Source: Thermoplasmata archaeon (GTDB lineage: Archaea; Thermoplasmatota; Thermoplasmata; GCA-020350865). From it: a stretch of 13,918 bases of DNA. The stretch lies in assembly GCA_020348445.1 (NCBI GenBank), contig CP070751.1:1300037-1313954 (forward strand), given 5' to 3'. The notes under the pieces were generated by a model. That model was not told the origin of the DNA and did no database searches. It saw nothing but the letters and a program-made list of their open reading frames with translations. Shown piece by piece: positions 8,301 through 13,918 of this stretch; within the stretch, counting starts at the first letter, position 1; every line of letters begins with the position of its first letter. The position numbers were made by a program, and so were the translations under genes.

Positions 8301-8761
8301 GGTTCAACACTTTCATCTACTTGTGTGAAGCTTGCATAACTTTTTTGTATGGTATCATCATCGATTTCAAAATGTATATGTACATCTTCTGATGTCACTT
8401 TAAAATCAGATTCGTCATAATAACGTTCACCCACACCCGAATCAAAGACATCGGCAATTCCGTAGGTCCCTCCGTGATTGTAATTTGCCTGGTCAAAAAC
8501 GAGTCCGGCAATGGCATGACCTAGATAAGGATTCCACTGGGCAATTTGCTCAACATCATTGTATTTAAGTGGGTACCCCAGACTGCCCCAATCGGTCAGG
8601 ACCATCAAATCGAGATTGCCAACAGTATGATAAACGAAATCTGCTCTTACATCATATGTATTTAACGGAGCAGTAATAAAAAGTGTACTGAAAACCAGTG
8701 AGATGATAACAGTAAAAGAAAATGGTTTGCGAAATCCCCTTTCCCTGTTGTGATTGAACAT
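4184..8761 (-). CDS. Large secreted vWA-domain surface glycoprotein/adhesin, 1525 aa (gene C): signal peptide, unknown N-domain, two lamin-tail-like domains, COG1470/NEW3-like Ig, DUF11-like Ig split by vWA, and a C-terminal (FN3-like + X)x2 module
   Basis: ORF track. Basic N-region plus hydrophobic stretch ending VRA-D (residue 40/41). Complete vWA MIDAS: VFVIDGSYS, STN, IILLTDG, IFTIGLG, TGGEY. LTD-like motifs: VLITEI..QRIEVYN...GDIIYLYD...VDKVAYG and IVLNEV..FIELW...GDNIYLY...LLDMVGW. Confidence 0.94.
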   Translation of the reverse strand: MFNHNRERGFRKPFSFTVIISLVFSTLFITAPLNTYDVRADFVYHTVGNLDLMVLTDWGSLGYPLKYNDVEQIAQWNPYLGHAIAGLVFDQANYNHGGTYGIADVFDSGVGERYYDESDFKVTSEDVHIHFEIDDDTIQKSYASFTQVDESVEPIGVAYDVRIHQTAWTLADKDWAIIEWTVQNIWGSDLTDVNLGFMCWITGNATEWQSENGVGGDEGDDIDYWDSSDDIYYVRDDNGTGDILGFSSADASVPFNHYYSHDFHYFGDEFLLYSALTGANRLLGEPGGREIYSLLSWNGYTIQASTNMTFAMVIAYSEDISSMKKAVKEAQDFYYKETAGVLITEIQDSSSPAQRIEVYNKGRVAKDLSNWELRNRNGDSLIGNWIPDSNLLPQGHRYLDITSGLLDPEGDIIYLYDNVSNCVDKVAYGQFGFVPDPINGESASRVWESGQQRYIDDWTMTLSGITVTSFGSQNNVPAVDKNPLIVLNEVLFYNNIWEKFIELWFIGENTLELTNFKIVGDSVYNIPGPLSVSNYVPVYFVTEATDPTLFSTLTPDGDNIYLYTDCGVLLDMVGWNSTHNIDTSIKRIPDGNGTYDGYDDISSENAGWQFSQAPTPPSILLEFDQKKAGNTNSDVTFNLTITNFKNDNDVIDILLESSQPNNWPVSFFTGDGTWRQLIDTNDDPNGYVDIGILKPSGLTQYESVNIFVNISIPSSPLTNYEFTAVSAQSSTNPAQGYDTAFLTTEIAPYININKTANPKTIYIEGTGYPEESQITLNLTGMGIPQPTDQPQDTVFVIDGSYSMFTNDPLGYRILGTKQYIDRMKDHDRAAIVGFGHDVDYMFAYGAWLTQDMADNPLGYPREPHHFRNTDENNKTSIKSDVDSLNWYSSSTNIELALQIALQEMVMGYIPTEAYIPSQRPFPSDKPGDADGVQYGNSSHLWVIILLTDGIPSHPFNCTDDEVAIAIANNIEIFTIGLGSEVDEDYLNHSIAQPTGGEYMFAAQAEDILIAYEKIRTLIISKVAGSAVPPPPPQPMVTDIIPGVFNVNISSIYPTPIFVGDDGLGNTKIQWDIQTINVSESWIATYNISSDTRLINQNVTFHPFATVDYFSWDNRIVSAPIPSDYISCVAPLSQPTLYINISDDGKDVILYWDPPLLPGIDYYLLYRSTSQTNFNFSDIWVNTSCDMEKDESDPIPLRTMWNDTNSADPDNKTNYKEQYYYTIRAANSHAEMSSTSRTVGKWTRTFQGGVSSFSLPLEPQEIIWTKEYTEVMNAEYIRYMDSQSHTWNQHNKGDGNLNNTPMRLGEAYEVRFDNITTHTFVGLPGAMIHYDDDNGFLGFDAFSEAKNLTVIIETNGDVNLTWDEPACMGIGDTYTVYYSNKRDGFFGNPDRDFFMLGSVNYGNNNFTHKNAQAYNPGARLYYMVVPYNSSGVKGSSTYSIGIWTEEYSCGYDTIGLPMKQNRNHTADWYCDNIPDTVGINYFKNSRQRWYWHSTIMPKGAFDTLLVMTEGYQISTSSTTKYTFIGI

Positions 8762-8980
8762 TATTACCGCCCTTCTCTTTTATACCCCAGAATAAATATA
8801 ACCATTAAACCTCATTTTCTTCTTAATATGGATTGAAGAATGAGGCAATAGATATTTTCATATTCTGGTCCTCAGGCTATGCTATACTATTTTCTTTGAT
8901 CCCCACTCCGCCTTCCACCTAAATTCAGGCATCTGTAGAATTATATTTCTTTTAGATGCTTTTTGAAGAATCATAAATGA

Positions 8981-9000
8981 AAAGTTATATAAACATTTTG
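8981..9000. promoter_or_regulatory. Candidate archaeal BRE/TATA element readable on both strands in the divergent C/D intergenic region
   Basis: Plus strand GAAAAG-TTATATAA; minus strand CAAAATG-TTTATATA. Motif match only; it lies about 225 nt from the gene C start. Confidence 0.35.
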
Positions 9001-9092
9001 GAAAGTATTTTGCATATCTTGAGAATTTCTCCTCTTAAAATTTTTTTATCAGGTAGACTTTCATGAACTAATGACCATTCAAAAAATGTTCC

Positions 9093-9106
9093 AAAAATTA
9101 TAAATA
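9093..9106 (+). promoter_or_regulatory. Candidate BRE + TATA box of gene D
   Basis: AAAAA-TTATAAATA about 45 nt upstream of ATG 9152. A start site about 25 nt downstream would leave a short leader containing the RBS. Confidence 0.5.
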
Positions 9107-9136
9107 TCCTTTAGAAAATGAACACTGGAAATATTG

Positions 9137-9144
9137 AAGGGAGG
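9137..9144 (+). promoter_or_regulatory. Ribosome-binding site of gene D
   Basis: AAGGGAGG lies 7 nt before ATG 9152, which supports ATG 9152 over the TTG 9134 start in the ORF track. Confidence 0.7.
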
Positions 9145-9151
9145 CTCTGAT

Positions 9152-12100
9152 ATGCATTTAAAGTTAAGAAAATTCTATTGTTTGATGCTATCTTTCGTGA
9201 TTATGCCGTGGGTTCTTACCATACCCGGTTCCACGAATGTAGCTGCACAAGTGACTGAGGAATGGGTAGCAAGGTATGATAGTCCTGAAAGTGATGTTGA
9301 TGCTGCTGTAGGAATGGTAATTGATCCTTTTGGATTCATAATTGTTACAGGAAATAGCCATAATGCTGGGACATCAGAAGATTTTGTAACTGTAAAATAC
9401 GACTCAGATGGCAATGAAATATGGGTGTCAAGATACAATGGACCTGGAGATACCAGGGATATACCAAATGATATTGCAGTTGATTTAGATGGAAGGATAT
9501 ATGTCACTGGGGAAATAGGAGGCATATCAGCCACTGTGGCGTATGCTCCCAATGGAACTGAACTTTGGGTGAGGATATTTTCCTCTGGCGTGCTAAGTGC
9601 AATTGCCACAGATTCCTATAATAATGTATTTGTTACAGGATATGGATATATGGGAGGAGTGGGAACTGACTGCGTAACAATAGCCTATGACTCCCAGGGA
9701 AATAACCTATGGACGGCAGAATACGATGGTCCTGGTAATTATTACGATGTTGCCAATGATATCGGGACTGACTCATTTGGAAATGTCTATATTACAGGTT
9801 ATGCTGCTTATTCTATGGTTGAATCCGACTGTGTCACCATAGCCTACAATTCAACAGGAAAAGAGCAATGGGTGGCATTGTACAATGACAGTAAAAATAC
9901 CGATAATGTTGGCAATGCCTTAACTGTTGATCCCTTGGGAAATGTGCATATAACAGGGTATAGCTCTGACCCAGTGACTGATACGGACTTTGTTACAATC
10001 GCATACAACTCATCAGGAGTAGAATTGTGGGCCTCGGAATTTAAAGGCCCAGCAAATGCTAACGACATGGCTTTTGACTTGACAACTGACCTATCCCAGA
10101 ATGTTTATGTAACAGGGCAAAGTTACCATCCTTCTACGGGTACGCGTCACGACTATGCAACTGTCGCCTATGATTCAGCTGGTAACGAGCTTTGGGTGGC
10201 AACCTATAATGGACCCGCTAATCACAGAGATTACGGTAAAGCAATTGCATACCATAACTCAGGGAAAATATATGTTACTGGTTGGAGTGCAGGCTCCGAT
10301 GAATTGAACATGGACTATGCGATAATCGCATACGATACCTCTGGAAACGAGCTCTGGGTGATGAGGTATAATGGACCAGCTGATACTGTTGATTTTGCCG
10401 AGGATATTGCCCTAGATCAATTTGGAAATGTTTATGTCACTGGGGTCAGCATAGGAATAGGAACTAGTTATGATTACGTAACAATAAAATATTCTCAGGA
10501 ATCCTCAGAAGCACTGGTAGCTGATGCAGGAGCTGATCAAATTGTGAATGAGGGCGATATTGTGCAGTTTGACGGAAGCAACTCCACTTCGTTTGGTAAA
10601 AAAGCATGGGATCCGAGCATAAGGGCATTATGGCACATGAACGAGGGTATGGGTGATTTGATTTATGATTCCACTCGCTACAAAAATCATGGAACCATTG
10701 TAAATGCGACATGGACCTCAAATGGTAAATTTGGAAAAGCCCTCACCTTTGATGGCATCGATGATTATGTAGAGGTTAGACCTAGCAATGAGATCTTCGG
10801 AGCAAATCCCAATGAGTGGAGCTACAGTGTTTGGTTCAGGACAACCAATGATGAAGACAACATGACATTGATTTCCGATTATAATGCCAAACAAAGACAT
10901 CCTTTAATCCCTCCCAGAGATCCAACATTTGCAGTAGATCTTACCATTGAACACAAACCTCTTGATTATGACTTCTCAGTTATGTCGAGAATTGGCTGGG
11001 GTAGTGAAAATTCTTCTAGGGCTTACGGACATGGCATGGATATTGATGGAGCTGATGGAAATTGGCACTTTGTTACCTCAACATTTTCCAAGACCAATTT
11101 CACTCATGGGACTTTTATCGATGGTTTTTGGATCTCAAGTCCCGATCATATGGAGTCAACTAACTACTTTGATGGGGACATACTCAGGATTGGGACCCGA
11201 TGGCTGATTCCTGATCCTTCAGATCCACAATCGGGATCACCCCTATGGCCCTTTGAGGGGGTAATTGATGAGGTTGTTCTCTGGAACAGGTTGCTCACAA
11301 ACCAAGAAATCTTGGACTACTACAACAGCGGAAAGGAGTATTTGGCAAATTACTCAACCGGAGTTGCAAAGATAGTATCCTATGAATGGGACTTTGAAAG
11401 TGATGGTGTTTTCGATTACCAGGAAACTGCTTCTGTTGCACTTGACGGTTCATTCGATGGGCTGTGCGATCATGTCTATGGGGATGATGGAGTTTATACT
11501 GTGACTTTAAGGGTTACAGATGAGAATGGAGCAACTGCAACAGACACCTGCAACATCACAGTTTTAAATGTTGATCCAATGGTGATAATGGAGTCGGTCA
11601 CAATGGATGTTGAGATCGGTCTTCGCGTTGCAGGTCGAAAGTACAACGATGTGGGGATGACACTTTATGAAGATGGTAATAATACAGGCTACGTCTCCAT
11701 CGAGCGCCTGCCTGGATCCCCAGACGAACAAATGGTCTGGATTCCTTTAACCTTAGACATGACAAAAACATACTCTGCAATAGTGACTTATATTCCCGAA
11801 GACCCACCAAATATCGGGGGTAATCCTGTTTGGATTTACATAAAACTCGAGAACGGAAGCATCAGGACGATCCACCACACCTTCAATGTCCAGCAATCCA
11901 AAAAACGAGACAGTGAGCATTGGAATCATGTGGCGCCCTGGGAAGTGGATTTGAGTAGTCATTTTATCGGGCTTCCATTTGAAATTACATCGCATATCAC
12001 AGACCTAGGAAGCGATGATGAAATCCTGACTTTCACCTATGGTTCTCAGGCAAAGACAGTTACTTACCTTAACAATCCACCAAATCCAGACACTTATCCT

Positions 12101-12244
12101 TCGCCTGAAGTCAATCCAAGGGATATAATGGACATCACAACATTGGTATATGAAGGTCCTGGGAATTTGACTTTGGTTGTGAAGGATGATGACAATGTCA
12201 GGTTGGGGATTGGGGAAGGGACTGATTCTTTAAGTGTTGGATAA
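9152..12244 (+). CDS. Secreted SBBP-repeat beta-propeller + PKD + LamG-like surface protein, 1030 aa (gene D)
   Basis: ORF track 9134..12244, with the start moved to ATG 9152 on RBS evidence. Signal peptide MHLKLRKFYCLMLSFVIMPWVLTIPGSTNVAA-Q. Eight repeats of the D..GNVYVTG...D..T..Y...G.ELW type. PKD motifs VADAGADQ and SYEWDF...HVYGDDGVYTVTLRVTD. LamG-like motifs ALWHMNEG..GKFGKALTFDGIDDYV..WHFVTST..FEGVIDEVVLWNRLLT. Confidence 0.93.
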   Translation: MHLKLRKFYCLMLSFVIMPWVLTIPGSTNVAAQVTEEWVARYDSPESDVDAAVGMVIDPFGFIIVTGNSHNAGTSEDFVTVKYDSDGNEIWVSRYNGPGDTRDIPNDIAVDLDGRIYVTGEIGGISATVAYAPNGTELWVRIFSSGVLSAIATDSYNNVFVTGYGYMGGVGTDCVTIAYDSQGNNLWTAEYDGPGNYYDVANDIGTDSFGNVYITGYAAYSMVESDCVTIAYNSTGKEQWVALYNDSKNTDNVGNALTVDPLGNVHITGYSSDPVTDTDFVTIAYNSSGVELWASEFKGPANANDMAFDLTTDLSQNVYVTGQSYHPSTGTRHDYATVAYDSAGNELWVATYNGPANHRDYGKAIAYHNSGKIYVTGWSAGSDELNMDYAIIAYDTSGNELWVMRYNGPADTVDFAEDIALDQFGNVYVTGVSIGIGTSYDYVTIKYSQESSEALVADAGADQIVNEGDIVQFDGSNSTSFGKKAWDPSIRALWHMNEGMGDLIYDSTRYKNHGTIVNATWTSNGKFGKALTFDGIDDYVEVRPSNEIFGANPNEWSYSVWFRTTNDEDNMTLISDYNAKQRHPLIPPRDPTFAVDLTIEHKPLDYDFSVMSRIGWGSENSSRAYGHGMDIDGADGNWHFVTSTFSKTNFTHGTFIDGFWISSPDHMESTNYFDGDILRIGTRWLIPDPSDPQSGSPLWPFEGVIDEVVLWNRLLTNQEILDYYNSGKEYLANYSTGVAKIVSYEWDFESDGVFDYQETASVALDGSFDGLCDHVYGDDGVYTVTLRVTDENGATATDTCNITVLNVDPMVIMESVTMDVEIGLRVAGRKYNDVGMTLYEDGNNTGYVSIERLPGSPDEQMVWIPLTLDMTKTYSAIVTYIPEDPPNIGGNPVWIYIKLENGSIRTIHHTFNVQQSKKRDSEHWNHVAPWEVDLSSHFIGLPFEITSHITDLGSDDEILTFTYGSQAKTVTYLNNPPNPDTYPSPEVNPRDIMDITTLVYEGPGNLTLVVKDDDNVRLGIGEGTDSLSVG
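9248..10492 (+). repeat. Eight tandem SBBP-type beta-propeller repeats within gene D
   Basis: Counted cores: FIIVTG, RIYVTG, NVFVTG, NVYITG, NVHITG, NVYVTG, KIYVTG, NVYVTG. Confidence 0.88.
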
Positions 12245-12300
12245 AGGACCTAAGGTCTCTTATTTCATCTAGAAGTGGTAAAAGATATGGGAAATTTACC

Positions 12301-12317
12301 TTCATTTTCTTTTTATT
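12301..12317 (+). terminator. Oligo-T tract, candidate archaeal terminator of gene D
   Basis: TTCATTTTCTTTTTATT about 55 nt after the gene D stop and upstream of the gene E promoter candidate. Confidence 0.35.
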
Positions 12318-12365
12318 AATCCAAAATCCATGAAATCCAGGGCCTCAGATTCAAATAACCACATA

Positions 12366-12377
12366 GAAAAATATATA
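12366..12377 (+). promoter_or_regulatory. Candidate BRE/TATA element of gene E
   Basis: GAAAAATATATA about 50 nt upstream of ATG 12428. Imperfect match to the TTTATATA consensus. Confidence 0.35.
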
Positions 12378-12411
12378 CCCCTTAATAATATTTTGACTTT
12401 CAGTTAATATT

Positions 12412-12418
12412 AAGGAGG
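12412..12418 (+). promoter_or_regulatory. Ribosome-binding site of gene E
   Basis: AAGGAGG lies 9 nt before ATG 12428. Confidence 0.75.
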
Positions 12419-12427
12419 ATATTGCCC

Positions 12428-13918
12428 ATGAGGTCAATAAAGAAAGGAAATTGTATTTTGATAGTGATACTGCTTCTATTATCGAACATCGTACTGATTT
12501 CTGGAGAAAATACCTTGGCAGAGGGTTACAACATTAAACCTGGTGAGGGCATGGCAATAACAGATGTTTACGAACTGCAGAATATAAAATCAAATCCATC
12601 AGCCAATTACTACCTGGCAAACGACATCGATTGTTCTGATACCGTGAACTGGAATTCAGGTGCAGGTTTTGCACCAATTGCCTCTTTCTCTGGAACATTG
12701 GACGGCAAAGGTCATGAGATCAGCAATCTTTATATAAATCGACCCTCTGCCTTCACAGTTGGCCTGTTCGGGATGATATTAAAGGGTGGATCCATCACAA
12801 ACGTTCATCTGAGAGATTTCAATGTTACAGGTTTGGAGGGGGTTGGAACCTTGGCTGGAGGCAATAGAGGCGTTATATCCATGTGTTCTGCTACCGGGGT
12901 GGTTAATGGAACCAATACTATGATCGGTGGCCTGATCGGTGTAAATCAGGGTTACGGTTACTCTTTTTCTGATAAGGTTTTCCCCTATAAATACGGTGTA
13001 ATCACAAAATCCTACAGTGATGTCAAAGTGATTTCACCCAGCCCGGGGCTCATCGGTGGTTTGGTGGGCTGGAATGAGTGGGCTTGGATCGATCAGAGCT
13101 ACAGTTCTGGGGAGGTGAATGTATCTGGCGATGTCATAGGAGGTCTTGTCGGGGCAAACATGGAAGGTGGAAAAATTAGCAATTGCTTTGCAATTAATCC
13201 AGTAACAGGGGATGTTAATACCGGCGGATTGGTTGGATATTCCGAGGGATTTGTTTTCAACTGTTTCGCAACAGGTTTTGTGAACGGTGGTGGGGGCAAA
13301 GGCGGGCTCATTGGAAAGAATTGGGGGGGTACAGTGATTGACTGTTACTGGGATAATGAAACCTCGGGATTAACGGTAAGTGACGGGGGCATTGGAATAA
13401 ACACAACCGAGATGAAGAAAACATCAACGTTTGCAGATGCTGGCTGGGATTTACGAGATACCTGGTTTTCGGTGGATGGTATGACCTATCCTTATCTGCG
13501 AGCTTTTGGCGGCAACGGATCTCAAGATCAACCCTTTATAATCGACGATATGGAGGGCCTCCAGGAGATTAATTCTGATCTGACCGCATATTACGCTCTT
13601 GCCCAAAACATCGATGCTTCTTTAACATCACAATTAGATGGTGGCGCAGGCTTTTTGCCCATTGGCAATTCAAGTAACCCGTTTACAGGCGGATTTTATG
13701 GAAATTATCATAAAATCACCGATCTTTTTATTAATCGTTCGATGGGTGATTATATCGGCCTCTTCGGTCATGTTGGACCTGGCAGCGTGATTACTCACCT
13801 TGGTTTGAAGAATGTGAACTTTATAGGTTATAATCACACCGGCGGATTGGTGGGATTATTTAATGGAAGTTACATTGCCCAATGTTACGCTTCTGGTTCT
13901 GTGATTGGAAATGCATAT
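12428..13918 (+). CDS. Secreted GLUG-motif beta-helix protein (gene E), 3' end truncated by the window edge
   Basis: Hand translation from ATG 12428 is open for 497 codons to the edge: MRSIKKGNCILIVILLLLSNIVLISGENTLA-EG...YYLANDID...FSGTLDGKGHEISNLYINR...GLFG... with repeated GGLIG/GGLVG rungs, then CYWDNETSG...WDLRDTW...YPYL. This is the typical GLUG-repeat module layout. Confidence 0.92.
   Translation, partial: MRSIKKGNCILIVILLLLSNIVLISGENTLAEGYNIKPGEGMAITDVYELQNIKSNPSANYYLANDIDCSDTVNWNSGAGFAPIASFSGTLDGKGHEISNLYINRPSAFTVGLFGMILKGGSITNVHLRDFNVTGLEGVGTLAGGNRGVISMCSATGVVNGTNTMIGGLIGVNQGYGYSFSDKVFPYKYGVITKSYSDVKVISPSPGLIGGLVGWNEWAWIDQSYSSGEVNVSGDVIGGLVGANMEGGKISNCFAINPVTGDVNTGGLVGYSEGFVFNCFATGFVNGGGGKGGLIGKNWGGTVIDCYWDNETSGLTVSDGGIGINTTEMKKTSTFADAGWDLRDTWFSVDGMTYPYLRAFGGNGSQDQPFIIDDMEGLQEINSDLTAYYALAQNIDASLTSQLDGGAGFLPIGNSSNPFTGGFYGNYHKITDLFINRSMGDYIGLFGHVGPGSVITHLGLKNVNFIGYNHTGGLVGLFNGSYIAQCYASGSVIGNAY
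13508..13918 (+). repeat. Start of a second tandem GLUG beta-helix module in gene E
   Basis: After YPYLRAF the sequence restarts: GGNGSQDQPFII..LQEI..YYALAQNIDAS..GAGFLPIG..FTGGFYGNYHKITDLFINR..IGLFG. This parallels residues about 40-115 of module 1. Confidence 0.85.

Noticed and set aside
9175-9609. 144-aa antisense ORF, and the other short track ORFs overlapping genes A, C, D and E
   Set aside because: These are in-register antisense or alternate-frame shadows of long, motif-rich genes, with no independent motifs or RBS.
9248-10492. Regularly spaced repeats as a CRISPR array
   Set aside because: The repeats are degenerate, in-frame protein repeats of about 55 codons. There are no identical 25-45-nt direct repeats with unique spacers.
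12249-12261. GACCT-A-AGGTC palindrome after gene D sharing half-sites with the 3208-3228 inverted repeat
   Set aside because: The half-sites are only 5-6 bp and the spacing differs (1 vs 7 nt), which is too weak to call a shared operator.
12318-12339. Three copies of AATCCA
   Set aside because: Short, irregularly spaced (7 and 9 nt) and plausible by chance in AT-rich intergenic DNA.

Overview
AT-rich window that is most likely archaeal: TATA/BRE-like promoter boxes, GGAGG-type ribosome-binding sites, and very sequon-rich secreted proteins whose style resembles uncultured Thermoplasmata (lineage is inference). It holds five credible genes. Four encode very large modular proteins with signal peptides: A (<1..2813, minus; PKD domains, a CBM-like insert and a C-terminal module); C (4184..8761, minus; unknown N-domain, two lamin-tail-like domains, Ig-like domains, vWA and the same C-terminal module); D (9152..12244, plus; eight-repeat SBBP-type propeller and two split PKD-like domains carrying a LamG-like and an unknown insert); and E (12428..>13918, plus; tandem GLUG beta-helix modules). 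The fifth, B (3562..4059, plus), is a stand-alone longin-like protein with a MinD-like amphipathic tail. A and E are absent from the supplied ORF track because they run off the window edges; I translated them by hand. Main signals: (i) a shared C-terminal module of about 395 aa on otherwise unrelated secreted proteins that show no visible transmembrane anchor; (ii) four separate cases of a cargo domain inserted inside an Ig/PKD chassis domain; (iii) the longin-like gene between the two module-bearing paralogues. I found no RNA genes, CRISPR arrays or mobile elements. All domain calls come from motif recognition by eye, not from database searches.
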